A stretch of DNA of 64,000 nt from Octopus vulgaris (Eukaryota), in contig OX597825.1 of NCBI GenBank assembly GCA_951406725.2, positions 32,426,001 to 32,490,000 of the forward strand. The letters run 5' to 3'. A program made the position numbers and the translations under genes. The notes under the pieces were generated by a model. The model worked only from the letters and a program-made list of their open reading frames with translations, did no database searches and was not told the origin of the DNA. Numbering within the stretch: the stretch's first letter is position 1; each line of letters begins with the position of its first letter. This document shows, piece by piece, positions 1-14,064 of the stretch.

Positions 1-70
<70 letters not shown>

Positions 71-84
71 TGTATGTATGTATG

Positions 85-139
<55 letters not shown>

Positions 140-159
140 AAATGAATCAAAGGGCATAC

Positions 160-376
160 TAAGTATGTCTACCTGCTTGAAATAACAGTCAAAACTCATT
201 AAATCGCCAAAATATACACTGATGAAAAACTGCAGAAATCAAACGAAGGCAAAATCAGGTTAAGACAATCTACTAACATACAGATACTTAAATGCTTTCT
301 GTAGTTTTTCATCAGTGTATTTTTTGGTGATTTAATGAGAGTTTTGACTGTTATTTCTAGCAGGTAGATATACTTA
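160..376. repeat. Fold-back element (about 79-bp inverted arms, about 57-bp spacer) between (TA)n tracts
   Basis: 160-238 (taagtatgtctacctgcttgaaataacagtc...cactgatgaaaaactgcagaaa) is the imperfect reverse complement of 296-376; (TA)n at 1-133 and 528-543. Confidence 0.85.
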
Positions 377-542
377 TTATGTCCTTAGGTTAATTTTAAT
401 CCCTCGGCTATTTAATGCTATTTTTGGCCTGCTATCGCCTGTGTCATTGATTCTGTTATCATTTTTAAAATAGTTACATTGGATAATAATAGATTTAATG
501 ACACCTTCGCAAATGAATTTTTTCATGTATATATATATATAT

Positions 543-720
543 ATTCGTATTTCGGGATGGTCATTTTTTTTTGCCAAATAAACACACGCACTATATATTT
601 TTCTTCACACGTTTATTACTGCTTTTATTTTATTATTTTAACTCATTGTACCGAAATCTTTCGTCACACATCTGTGACCTCTTCAGCGACACTTTTCGTT
701 TTCGTGTGTGTTCTTGCTCC
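543..720 (-). mobile_element. Half copy of HHR-bearing fold-back family A (same family as 62138-62612 and 62879-63092)
   Basis: Starts at (TA)n with gtatttcgggatggtcatttt and is colinear with the copies near 62-63 kb; contains an HHR motif at 647-693. Confidence 0.8.
647..693 (-). ncRNA. Type I minimal hammerhead ribozyme-like motif (family A)
   Basis: Minus strand: agtgtcg CTGAAGA g gtcaca-gatg-tgtgac GAAAG ATTTC ggtaca; canonical CUGANGA and GAAA boxes around a perfect 6-bp stem II. Confidence 0.7.
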
Positions 721-2719
721 ACATATGTGTGTGTCTATGTGTGTATGTACGCGTGTGTGTGTGTGTGTCTGTGTGTGTGTGTGTGCGGGTGTGTATGCTC
801 GTGTGTATGTGCGTGGGTGTGTATGTATGTGTGTGTTGGTGTGTGTGGGGTCACTATTAATATCTTCACGTGATTAATGCAGTAATGCGTTCAGTGTTGT
901 CTTATAGGTGTCAGCTCCCATTTGAAGTCAATTGTTTAAAGTTTCTCTGAATAAAAATAAATATTTCACCGCATATATCATAAGCATGCACATTTATAAA
1001 ATAAGCTCAACGAAAGAGATTTTATAGATGCTTTTTGATAAAGTGCTCTACATCTAAAGAAAAATATTCCAATTTCATCTGATATTTATTTCCATTGATA
1101 TTCTTTATATAATAACATAATTTTGCTTATTTTCTGTAATTTCTTAATGTCGGTTAAAGAGAACTTACATGAAAGAAAAAAAAATGAAAATTCATGTAGA
1201 TTTTAAACTCTTGACTTAAAATTAGTACCTATAGGAAAGTATTTGATATAATTATAGTCTTAAATCGTATCTAGATCACGATTCTTTAAAAAATCAATAT
1301 AGGAAAGTAGTTTACAATAATTAGGCTTCGAAGAATCTTTTGCTCAGAGTAGCCAGAAAAGTGGAGAGAAAATTTCGCAGATAATTACAAACATAGGTAA
1401 AAATATTCATGCATACTTACACATATACCCACATATATATACATTCAATTTGGAGCGCATTCCTTCTACTGTGGCATGTTTATGTGTACTTTTTGTATAT
1501 GTTTATATTTGTGCATAGACATATATATCTGTGTATGTGCGCGTGAATATATATATACACACACACCTATATATACATACGTACATACATATATATACAT
1601 ACACCCACCCACACCCACACACACATATATATCTTATATATTATATGCGTGTTTGTCCATGTGTATATTTTTACTTTTATATTTCTAGTTCCAGTCGATG
1701 ACTGCAGCCATGTTGGAATACCAGCTGTGCTATTACTACTGCTGCTAACACTCATCTTCTGTAGTCGGAATGTAAGAAAAAAGATGATTCGATCCCAACC
1801 ACTTGAGCCTTCTCATCAGAGCCAAATGATACTTTAACCCCCAACAATTATTGATACTCTTTGAAATATTCAAAGCTCGTCTGAGAAGCACAATAAAGTA
1901 TTGCTTCGCCATCTGAAATGGTGCTGCTTGCACAGTTGCTGCATGCACAGACACTCTAGACAGCTTTCAGAAAAGTACCAGCATACTCAGTGACATCCAG
2001 TAGTTTTTTCTGCATTTCATATAAGTTTCAAATTTCGGCACAAGGCTTAACGGAATTTCGTCCGTCTTTACGTTCTGAGCACAAGATCCGCCCAGGTTGA
2101 CTTTACCTTTCACCCTTTCTAGGTCGATAAACTAAGTACCAATTGAACTCTGGGATCGATGTAATCGATTTATCCACTCCTCGAATAAATAGTACCAATT
2201 GAACTCTGGGAACAATGAATCGACTTATTCACTCCTCGAATAAAAAACCTCTGAGCCACAAACGCGTTGTGTCCTATCTCTCCTTTTTCTACATCGACTA
2301 TGACAGCTACTGCTCTTTGGGGCTGGCTTAGCTCATGCCTCTTCCAGCACTCAGGCATAACCGTCCCATTCGCCTCTCCTCCCATCATCGTTATTTTATT
2401 CGACCTCACAAATATTCAATAGAATTGAAAGCTTGGTATGTACCAAGTTCCGCCATTGTAAAGTTCCGCCATTCATTTATCAAGTGAAATTTCACACAGC
2501 TCTCCTATTATAAAGTATATATATACTGTCTACTGACTGAAAATTTTCCATTTTTAGACGTTGTAAGTTATATAAATTTTTACCGTTTTATTTCAAGTTG
2601 AAAACCTTGTCAAAATCTGCCATACCTTTCGTAAATCCAAGACGTCGACCAAATGCATTAATGTAATGTAGCAGCATTGATATATACACCTAAATTTCCC
2701 TTGGCCTATAGTTTATCCT

Positions 2720-3050
2720 GTGAATAGTGGCACTCCGTTTATTGCGACGACGTGTGTTCTAGTTGATCCGATCAACGGAACAACCTCCTCGTGAAATTAA
2801 CATATAAGTGGCTGAACATTTTAGAGATGCGCGAAGCCCTTAACGTATTTCTCAGGGAGATTCAGTGTGAAAGAGAATGTAACAAGGCTGGCCTTTTGAA
2901 GTAAAGGCACTACTTGGTTTTGCCAACTGAGTGGGCTGGAGCAACGTGAAATTATGTGTTTTCCTCAAAGATACAAAGCATCGTCGGGAATGGACCTTAG
3001 GGTCTTATGATCGTAAACCGAATAGCCTAAGTACTAAGTCACGTATCTTT
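2720..3050 (-). mobile_element. Diverged tRNA-derived SINE, family C (CORE-like)
   Basis: Contains ggagcaacgtgaaattatgtgttttcctcaaagatacaa, the reverse complement of the central segment seen at 56548-56585. Confidence 0.65.
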
Positions 3051-4777
3051 ACCATTGAATATTAGCCTGAGATTGGCCAATGGCTCTTAATCAATAGCAT
3101 GTTTAATCAACTAAATACGAACCATTTTGTTGGCACAATGCGTCTCCATCTTTCCTTTAACTTGAAAATACCCTGTTCCCAGAATCGAAGTGGTTTCACG
3201 GCAAAGATCAATTTCAGGTTACGTTGAAACTGAAACCTACTCGAAAGAATCGTGGATTAAAATAAAACATTATAGCCCCACCCCCTTCAAACAGAAAAGA
3301 ATAAAAGATCGACATCTTGACTCTGCGACTCATCCTGAGAATTTGATTCTTAGAGAAAAGGAAGGAATTTGAGAATAGGGTGTGATCATACACTAAATAT
3401 GTATGATTGAATGAAAGATTCCCACACTGCCTCTGCGACTCATCCTGGAAACCTGACTTTTAGGGAAGAAGAAATCGTACACTCAGGATAAGATTCACTT
3501 CACTGTCTTTGAATAAATTCCGAATTTCTATGAAAGAAGACGAACCTGGCAGTCACAGGAGAGCAATGAATAATTTGCTATAGTTTTAAACAATTTTTAT
3601 GCTTGAGTAAGATTTTTCTAATATAATAATTATCAAAAACAAAATTCATCTAATTTCAGTAGAAAATGACACCCATGTGTACTTTCTGAATAAAGTACAA
3701 TTCATTAATTATTTGTGTTCCAAACGACAGGCACCTGTTCCTCATTCGAGAAGCAAGGTACATTATTTATACTGCCTATGATCCATAACATATATTACCT
3801 TAATTTATCTTATGCCTTTCCATCACTGTCGACAAAAGATGACATTGTTGCGGTAGTTATCTGCCTTCGTTTTGTTTCTCTTTCTTGAGTAGTAATTTGT
3901 ATTTTTTTTAGTATTTTTGCGAAAATGGATATTTTATAATTTATTTTTCTTGTGTGATTGAAATTCCCCATATGAGGTCACTTGAACAAGTAGTTTCACT
4001 TCTTTTATTTATTTTTTACATTGGCAATAAACGAGAAGATGTAGATGTATAAAAGTTATTTATGTTGGTAAGTTAAATCAGTTATCAGAAAAAGATATTG
4101 TCTTCATCATAAGCTTTAGTTTTAAGAAAGACAAAGACAAAAGATTAATAAAAATGCATAAAAATTTTATGAAGATGTTCTATATGACAAGAAATTTACT
4201 TCAGGAGATCTTCAACGATAAAAAACTTGGGAAATAACAGCTAAAGAGCAATAGCCAGTTTGGCTATTATTTGTAGGTACTGGGGCGACTAACTAAATGA
4301 TTTCAAATTTATTTCAAGAAATTGTAAAATGTAAAAAGGGAAACAACGGCTAAAGAACAATGAGCAGCTTGGTAGCAATATCTAGGATATGGAGCATATT
4401 AGAAAGGTCTTTGAGGAAACACCTTTGAACACTGTTCGGATTGATCACAAACGTCTCGTGGGCTTCAAGGACAAACAACCTTATTAAAATGTCGCACATA
4501 TGAGTGAAGAAGAAAAGCAACGAGCTGGCAGGCAGAATGTTTAGCTCGCCGATCGAAATACTTACCAACAGTTCTTCCAGCTCTTTACGTTCTGAGTTCA
4601 AATAGATTGATAAAACCCTAGATTGATAAAATCAGTATCAGTTTAACACTGGTGTCGATGTAATCGACTCCCCTCCCCTCAAAAAATGTTAGCCCTGTAC
4701 CAAAAATTAGTAAGAACACATGTGTAAGGAAAAGGCTGGTGTAGCCCATCGAATCGTATAGAAACAGGTATGTATGT

Positions 4778-4963
4778 AGCGGTATTTCGTCTGCTGCTAC
4801 GTTCTGAGTTCAAATTCCGCCGAGTTCGAATTTGCCTTTCATCCTTTCGGGGTCGATTAAATAAGTACCAGTTACGCACTTGGGTCGATATAATCGACTT
4901 AATCCGTTTGTCTGTCCTTGTTGTTCCCTCTGTGTGTAGCCCCTTGTGGGCAGTAAAGAAATA
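4778..4963 (+). mobile_element. 5'-truncated SINE family A with target-site duplication
   Basis: Body gagttcaaattccgccgag...ccccttgtgggcagtaaagaaata; flanking direct repeats agaaacaggtatgtatgt (4760-4777) and agaaactggtatgtatgt (4964-4981). Confidence 0.85.
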
Positions 4964-5647
4964 AGAAACTGGTATGTATGTTGAACTAACTTTGGCGATT
5001 GCAGCAGAATTTGAACTCCTGAGGAACAGGAGAGAAAATACTTTGAAACATTCAATCTGGCACTCAACAGTATTTACTCCTTCACCAGCACTGACTTAAG
5101 AAGCAGGAATGTTATAAAATAAAAGTTTTCGTCTTTACGTTTAAAACCAAACTGGGAACTTTAAAGAAACTTCTAAGTCTGGTTTTAAGATGGTTTAGAG
5201 TTTGATTCATTTTCTCAAAGGAAATCCGATTAAAAATCAAAATGTATTTGCAATTTCTGTACGTTCTTATATCTGCAAATGTCTACCTCTAAACAAGTCA
5301 CCTGAAAACAGGAAAAAATAACAAAAGAAAGCAAACAACTCAAAAAGTAAACAAGTCTAGTAAATAAGTAAAATAATATATCGTCAAAAATAGAAGAAGA
5401 TGTTTTTAAGAAAATATGCAAAAAGGAAAAGACAAAATAAATAAATATATAGATAAAATAAATGTGAGCTGAAAACATAAAGGAATATTGTAGATGTATA
5501 AAAATGGAATAATTTACAGTTTGATGTTGTAAAGTGAACAAGTCAACATCTGGAATAACATCTGGAGTGACATCTGCGATGATTAATTCTGACAAAAGAG
5601 AAGGAGAAACAGAGATAAGAAGACTAAGGATAAACAGATAAGCAGAG

Positions 5648-5702
<55 letters not shown>

Positions 5703-5971
5703 TAGTGTGTGTGAGTGAGTGGTAGCGGCGGAGGGGAATAGAATTCAGATTGGCTAAAACATGGTAAAACGTTTGTTTACACAAGACGCCTATAATAGTT
5801 ACATAAATAAAAATTTATGCTGCTTCTGGAAATCATTTGTTTATAAACTTTTTCAAAATGTTGTTATTCGCAGATTCTGTTGTTGGTTTCAGAACTATGA
5901 TCATGCTGGAGCAACACTCTGAAAGATTTTAGGATATTATATGAAGCCAAGGTCAGTAATGAAGGCTTCAC

Positions 5972-6200
<229 letters not shown>

Positions 6201-6201
6201 T

Positions 6202-6410
6202 AAGGCAGTTAGCTGGCAGAATACCAGGCAAAATGCTTAGCGGCATTTCGTCAGTATTTACGCTCTGAGTTTAAATCCCGCTGAGGTCGGCTTTGCATTT
6301 AATCCTCTCGGGGGTCAATGAAATATGTACCAGCTGTGTAGTAAGGTCGATGTAACCAGCTAGCCTCCAACCACATATATTCCAGGCTTTGTGCTCATAG
6401 GATTAGAAAT
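6202..6410 (+). mobile_element. Diverged SINE family A
   Basis: aggcagttagctggcagaat...aaatgcttagcggcatttcg...ctgagtttaaatcccgctgaggtcggctttgc. Confidence 0.75.
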
Positions 6411-7044
6411 AAATAAATTAAATTAAAACATGTGCTGGGCGCAATAGTTTAATCATATGATTCCAGAGAACAACGTCCACAACACTGTCCTTCTAATCTA
6501 TCCACGCGCATCTTTTACAACCAGTGCACAAAATAAGATACCTAAAATAATATAATAATTAATAAGTATATTTATTGATGTATTAAGTGTACCGATACCT
6601 TTGTCAGACGAACATGCGAGATTTATGCAGAACGACTGCTGAAACAGAACGACAACACAGTTCCTTTTGTAGCATTTTCCCGTCCTTTACACTACAAAAT
6701 ATTTTCAGCATTACAAGAATGCCATAACTTCTAGTCCTGTAAGTTCCAATATATTCTCAAATCTGAAAGTCAATACATTTTCCATCAATGAAAAAAAAAA
6801 GCATCGTTATAGCAAGAACCTCTTCCAGCACATATAATTGTAGACATGGCTATGAAATTAAGAAGCTAGTTGCGCAAACCAACTGGTTTTAGGTTCAGTC
6901 TCACTACAGAGTACTTTGGAAGAACAACGAGTGAATTTGGTCGAAGGAAATTGCGTAAGTTCGTCACACACACACACACATATACACACACACGTACATA
7001 CACTCGTACACACATACGTACACAGACACTCAAGTATATACGTG

Positions 7045-7160
7045 AAGGCGTGCAGCCGAATGGTTAGGGTGCTGCGCTGACGATTGCTAGGTCGAGGGTT
7101 TGATTCCCGGACCGGCCGGCGTATTGTTTCTTGAGTAAAACACATCTTTTCACGTTGCTC
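7045..7160 (+). mobile_element. SINE family C head and CORE-like segment
   Basis: tRNA-like A and B boxes (ggcgtgcagccgaatggttaggg; ggtttgattccc) followed by tgtttcttgagtaaaacacatctttcacgttgctc. Confidence 0.7.
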
Positions 7161-8524
7161 TAGGCTCTGAGTTCAAATCGCACCAAGATGAATATTACTT
7201 CTTATGTTTTCCGAGTCAATAAAAAAGTACCAAACCAGAGTAGAGGATTTTTGGAACTCTCAAAGGGCCGGGCAAAGTACCTTGATGGTGCAGTGTCTGT
7301 TCTTATTCTTTGTGTACTGACAATAACCCCTGGTATCATGCTGTATCGGCTCAAGCCATCGGCCTTTCCGTTGGGTATGCTTCGGTGTCGTGGCAAGGGG
7401 AGGCTTGCATGGATCGGCGATGATCAGTCTTCTTCACTTCATAAAAGTCAACCCCCAGATCAGGGTCTACAACTTTAACCGATGGAAATGTTAGGGTGTT
7501 CAAGATTGACCTACGCTGCATAACGAGGACAATAAAAACCAGCAGACCAACCGTCCAGATACCGACCCTTACTGTGTTTTAAGGAATAAGATGCTAAACA
7601 ATCTACAAATATTATATATGTTTTCCAAATACAGGTACATGGAGTTTCCTGAACTTTCGGTTCCAAAGCTCTTCCGGATCACTGATTTTTCCGAACCAGT
7701 GATGGTCACACTCTAAATTGAATATTAAATTTACTTAAATAAACAAATGGAATACAGGTACTTGTACATTAGTATAATAGAAAGACGTTTAGTAGTACTG
7801 TACTCACGGTATGGTGTGAATGGGCTGCCCATAAACCAGTCTGGGGGCCAATGGAAATTTGAAGATCCTGTTAGTAAATTAGTGCAGGTTATAAGAGGTT
7901 CAGGACTATCAAATTTCCAGAAACTTAGCGCTGTACATGTATAACTTCATTGCTAAAGATTCTCTTCCTATGTAAGGAAGTAAAAGATTTATTTAACTTC
8001 GATCTTGTGCAATAGAGTTTATGAATTGACATTTTATAATGAATATCCGTTAATTGCCTTTTTGATACAATCAACTTCAGATGATGAAGAAACATAAAAA
8101 GGAAAAAGAAACCTAATATAATTACTTTTTCTCAAATGCATCAAAAGCGATGGTGAAGTTAAATAACTACATGTTTCCTATAGCAGGAGGTCATTCTCCT
8201 CACATCTAAAACAAACCATTCATTTATACACAGGATCTTTAATGTTATGTAAAACATAGCCACGGCCAAGTAATATATTTTTGCTTCTCGCTACCGCAAT
8301 ACCTCCAATTAAAAGCAGTCACACAATAAGTAGATCAATGGGAATGCTCTAAAGTGCAATCAATCAACCAATCAAATTAAACCAGCCATTGTTTTTATCA
8401 TTGTTAAGTAAAGGCCTTGAAATTACTCTACAGCCTTCGATTTTAAGTTTCCGAATACCAATTTTTACCTCGTCTGTCCATCTACATCACGCTCCATCTT
8501 ATTCATTCTCAATCTCAACTGCTA

Positions 8525-8790
8525 GTTGATGAAAACGTAAATAAACCAACATTGGATGTCAAGTGGTATGGGGACAACCACAAACTCACACATACACAAA
8601 CGCATAGACACACTCACACACACACATACACATACACACACACTACTCGACGCAATTTCCATATAACAGACCCACTCAGAAGGCTTTGGTCGACCAAGGT
8701 CTAAAGTAGAAGACACTTTCCCGACATACCACGCGGTGGGACTGAACCCGAAATCATGGCTTTCTTAACCGCACAGCCATGCCTGCAGCT
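8525..8790 (-). mobile_element. SINE family B with internal (CA)n
   Basis: Reverse complement of the 15745-16200 family (gtagaagacactt...gtgggactgaacccg...cacagccatgcctgc). Confidence 0.75.
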
Positions 8791-8842
8791 ATGATAAAAA
8801 TAGAAAAACAAAAAGTGAAAAACACAACAAAAATAAAAGAAT

Positions 8843-9240
8843 GTTCTTTTCTACTCTAGGCACAAGGCCCGAAATTCTGGGAGAGAGGGCGAGTCGATTA
8901 GATCGACCCCAGTAGGCATCTGGTACTTAATTTATCGACCCCGAAAGGATGAAAGGCAAAGTCGACCTCAGGGGAATTTGAACTTTGAACGTAAAGATAG
9001 ACAAAATACCTATTTCTTTACTACCCACAAGGGGCTATACACAGAGAGGACAAACAAGGACAGACAAACGGATTAAGTCGATTAAATCGACCCCAGTGCG
9101 TAATTGGTACTTAATTTATCGACCCCGAAAGGGATGAAAGGCAAAGTCGACCTCGGCGGAATTTGAACTCAGAGCGTAGCAGCAGACGAAATACCGTTAA
9201 GCATCTCGCTCGGCGTGCTAACGTTTCTGCCAACTTGCTG
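8843..9240 (-). mobile_element. Composite or tandem SINE family A
   Basis: Two copies of ggtacttaatttatcgaccccgaaaggatgaaaggcaaagtcgacctc; head gctaacgtttctgcca at about 9217-9232. Confidence 0.85.
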
Positions 9241-9800
9241 ACTTAAAACAGAAGTGTTCTGTCTGAAGTAGGATAATGTCACATATATCGAAGTTTTTGA
9301 TATGTAAAGAGCAAAACACACAGTAATCCAATAACAATTAACCAAAGTTCGAGATGAAAAGAAATCATGTTTATTAAGGTACTTACAACATCAACCGATT
9401 TTCATTGATGAATAAACGAACAATGGAAATCTATTCGTAATAAATTTATCTCTTCGAACAAATATTTATGTGTTGATCTACTACCTTTATAATATGACAC
9501 GATTCTGACTTGCTCTCTATCAGCGGAAGTTAATCAAATTAGAAATGATTTTTGAGGCGGCCTCAACCAACTGGTAGCACAGAGATAAAAACAAACGGAA
9601 TATTAAGGTTTCTAATTATTATTGATGTTTTCCTTACAAAACGCGCAAGATTTATATACACACACACAAATAAATATCCACACATATAGACACGCACACA
9701 CACATGTACATGCATATACAAATATGCGTATGTATTTGTGTGCGTGATGTGTGTGTGTCTCTCTGTGTATGTATGTATGTATGTATGTGCATATATATGA

Positions 9801-9846
<46 letters not shown>

Positions 9847-10034
9847 ATATATATATATATATATATATATATGCATATATATATACATATATACATATAG
9901 TGTATAGTGATGTTCAAAGAATGCTTGCAAAATATAATGAAAAATGATTCATTACAAATGCGGAGCTTGAATAGTTTTAACATTAATTGAAGATAGACAC
10001 TCTGAATATATATATATATGTGTATATATATATA

Positions 10035-10491
10035 TTATATTAAATTAGAGATAAAACCACTATTAGGCAAATCAAACAATGAAAAACTTAAGCCAATACA
10101 TAAAATTAATTCATTTATATTATTTTAAATATATATCAAAAGTATTAAAAGTTTAATAAAAGATAATGAGTAAAACACTACGATCGTTTCATGGCTGTCC
10201 AATTCGTAATAATTCGTGTTATGGTTACAGTCAATCTTCAGGTAATTGAAATATTTATCTTAGCTAAGATAAATATTTCAATTACCTGAAGATTGACTGT
10301 AACCATAACTCGAATTATTACGAATTGGACAGCCATGAAACGATCGTAGTGTTTTACTCATTATCTTTTATTAAACTTTTAATACTTTTGATATATATTT
10401 AAAATAATATAAATTAATTAATTTTATGTATTGGCTTAAGTTTTTCATTGTTTTTTTACCTAATTGTGGTTTTATCTCTAATTTAATATAA
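10035..10491. mobile_element. Spacerless palindrome of about 457 bp with an HHR-like motif in each arm (family B), between (TA)n tracts
   Basis: Arms are near-perfect reverse complements about ttag|ctaa (10263/10264); + strand CTGAAGA 10286-10292 ... GAAAC GATC GTA 10337-10348; mirror motif at 10176-10241. Confidence 0.85.
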
Positions 10492-10570
10492 CATAATATT
10501 TTACTATAAAATTGGATTCAATCCTAAATCTGATTTTTCCCTGTAAGTTTGGATTTATTCCCTAATATTT

Positions 10571-10619
<49 letters not shown>

Positions 10620-10669
10620 AAATACTAAATTTCTAAATCTCTCGTAGAGATATGTACGGTGGTGGGGCC

Positions 10670-10875
10670 ATAGAATGGTTGTATACTGTCAATCTAACAC
10701 GAACGTGACAGTAAGGGGTGTACACCACCGCCGTATAGCCCTAGGAAGCATCGACGCCTCCTGATGGCTTTGACACGTTGTCAAAGCCATCAGGAGGCGT
10801 CGATGCTTCCTAGGGCTATACAGCGGTGGTGTACCCCCCTACTGTCACGTTCGTGTTAGATTGACAGTATACAAC

Positions 10876-10883
<8 letters not shown>
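10670..10883. repeat. Near-perfect hairpin of about 214 bp (3-nt loop) ending at (TA)n
   Basis: atagaatggttgtatactgtc...ctgatggctttgaca-cgt-tgtcaaagccatcag...gacagtatacaaccattctat. Confidence 0.9.
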
Positions 10884-10922
<39 letters not shown>

Positions 10923-11374
10923 AGTATGTATGTATATGATGTATGTATGGTTTAGGACAATTAGTAGGTTGTCGTAATAGGACTCAGTGTTTCAAATGCC
11001 GGAGCTAAGAGCTACTATGCATTCTCATCGGCTATTATGTCAATAGACACTATAAAAAAATCCATTGAATAAAAGGGAAGTTATTCTAATAGGAAGGAAA
11101 ATATCAAAGATAAAAAGTACACGCAGCCTTATTCTCACACTGCAATGTTCAAAACATCTATATATGTACACATTCACACAAACATGTATATATGTATGCC
11201 CAAACACTCACAAACATATATGTGCATTTACGTAATCATACACATATCCACACACATACACGCATATATATATATATTGATAGATAGATATACATATACA
11301 TATATACATATAAATATATGTTAAAATATAATAAAAACTTGAAAACTAGACCATGCTTTAACTTTATTCAACTG

Positions 11375-11418
<44 letters not shown>

Positions 11419-11434
11419 CATATATAACATATAT

Positions 11435-11473
<39 letters not shown>

Positions 11474-11653
11474 ATATGTGTACACACACACACATATGTA
11501 TATAGTAAAGGTTTAATGTTGCTGTTCTGAAAAGGACGATGTTACTGTTGTTTTAGCCCCAAGAAGCATCGTTTCTAGCTGGATATACGACACACTGTGT
11601 CCTTATGTTTTCGAACAGGGAGCTTAGCACTCCCACCTAGCGCAAAGCAACAC

Positions 11654-11694
11654 CTGTGGACTAGTTTCTGAGTTATTTTCCTTTATCAACATAG
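11654..11694 (-). ncRNA. Hammerhead-like motif with U3-A8 core (family C)
   Basis: Minus strand: ctatg TTGATAA aggaaaataactca GAAAC TA GTC cacag; stem I ctatg/cacag 4 of 5 bp, palindromic ACTAGT stem III, GUC triplet; stem II is weak. Confidence 0.55.
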
Positions 11695-12199
11695 AGTAGC
11701 TGCTTGGTCAGATGGCGTTGCTGATTTGACCGTTCAAACATATTGTTTTCAAAGTGACACACAACACTGATCTAAAAATAGAAATATAATTATTTCTAAA
11801 TCTCTGAAAGAGAGACATTCAGTAACAGTTTTTCTTTTAAAGTAAAGGCTATTACTGGATACCCTCGGTGCATACATATTAGCAGTTATTCATTACAGAA
11901 ATGGGTGGGGGCTTCGTTTTCTGATGCAGAACGTTGCAGATACTTTTAAACTAGTCAAAGAGGAGAAAATTTACCACCACCCATGTAACAACCTGGATCT
12001 TAGTCATAAACAAAGATTAAGGTGTGCAAATGCCATTTACTGAGCTATCCTCTGCATAGAAAACATTTGCCAGCGTGTATCACACATTTCAATGACACAC
12101 TTATAACCGTAAAAATATTGTTTTGATTGATTCATATGATGGTACGAAATTTTTAAAATGAAAGAAATTCTTCTATTATGTAATATCGTTTCACTTCTT

Positions 12200-12890
12200 T
12201 TGTATTGAAGCTAAAAATATGGAATAAAACTTAGAGACCAAGGCGAAAATAGGACCCCCTCAAAGTGGCTGTACTGTTTGTTTTGGGGAATCAAGACAAT
12301 TGACAAAAGGAACAAAGAAAGTAGTTGCCGTTGGTATTTTGATGGTATGAAGAGAATAAAATATTCTAAATGGCTTTTTAAAAATCTCTTAGTCAGTAGA
12401 GAAATCAGTACCCATGACTCATTACACAGCATCCGAGAATGACGGAATCAGTGGTGGACGAAGGTTTCCGCAAACCAACAAGAATTCTTGGAAGTGAATG
12501 GACTCTGCTAAATTTCCCAAGATGCCGGATGGGATGTTAAACCTGGTGACGAGTTTAAGTCTATTCCCCAAAATTATTATTTTTGTTCCATCACAGTTCA
12601 AGAATATAATAAAGTGAATCAAAAATAAATTGGGTGACGTAATCTTTCATCGGTGATAAAACTTGAGCTACATAGACCTGGCCTATTCATTCTTATCGAA
12701 CTTGATAATCTTATACTGTAGACAATCAGTCGCAGAAAGCAACTACTTCAGCAAAATATGAAGAACCTGTCCCGACCTGTTCAAGCAACGATGAGTTGAA
12801 TGATTTAGTATAAGACGTCGGTCACCCCAGAGATGCCACAGATCTCTTGGTGAATCCCGATTAAAGATAAAAATATTTCACATCTAGACG
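12200..12890 (+). pseudogene. Highly decayed Chapaev-like (CMC) DNA transposase remnant
   Basis: Frameshifted pieces read YGIKLRDQG..., RQLTKGTK, and FKQ.ELNDLV.DVG.P.DA..L...RL, recalling the GDQDK.WAPH..C..C and F.Q.ELNDLVRDLGL.K..AELLGSRL motifs of Chapaev3-type proteins (recall, not searched). Confidence 0.5.
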
Positions 12891-14008
12891 CCATTTTATT
12901 TTGGTAGAAATAACAGTTTAGATCATATTTCTATATAGTTAGGAAATCACAAAGACTGAAGGAAGTTGATTTTCCTGTATACGTCTGTTTATTTTTCTGT
13001 TTTCTTTCCGTATATTTCTTATGTTATATATCTTAACATTATTTCTAATCTCTTGTTTGTATTCTTTTATATGTTTTAGTGAGATTTCTAATGTCTTGTT
13101 TATCAGCTGGTCTACTGTTGAATTCTTTATGTATATTTACGAAATATGATGTACTGTACTGAAAACATTCTCGACGGGTGTTTTTTATTGTGTTCATAAG
13201 TGAAATAAAAAGTGATTTCTCAGAATTAAAACAATTTTAATGACAGTTATTTCGAAAACCCAAGGAATCATTTCAGTCCGATGATGCGACTAATGTATGT
13301 TCATTAATTGTGTCTCAAATCAATATAAATCGGTATAAAACAGCCATTTATAATTATATTATCCTTGAGGGGTGGTGGATATTATATTTTTTTTACACCT
13401 TCCCTGCAATCGTATCTGAATATATCAGGCAGTGATTGCTATGTAAGAAAACTTTTTAAGAAAAAATATGTATAGAAAATATGGTGTTATTATTACTAAC
13501 CATATTATTTTCCCTTCAGTTCATCGACGTTGTATGGTGCATTCATTCACTATACAGAATTTTATAGCCAGATAGACAGTTCTACAAATGACAATCTGTC
13601 AGTTTAAATATTTTGTAATGAGAAAATTTTCACAATATTTCTCTACTCTGCAGAGAGAAAGAGAATAATGTTTAAATCTATCATTGTATTTTTTTTAACA
13701 CAAATAAAATATATTTATTGCATTTTCAATAAATGCTACCTATAACAATTGACGACTTTTATACAATTTTGGCTTTAGTAATTGTTACTTTTTTATTGTT
13801 ATTTAATAATCTTCGCTGTCATTTTTTCTTTATTATCGAAATAACTTTTAACAATTCTTGTGTTTGACATTTACACTGTTTGTATGATTGTTTTATTATT
13901 TGACTTTTTGAAACATCGCCCTCACAAGCAACTTCTTCGATTTTTACAGCAAGTGTTGTTCAATCCTAAGAGATATGTTGTATAATAATGTATGTGCGTA
14001 CATATATG

Positions 14009-14064
<56 letters not shown>

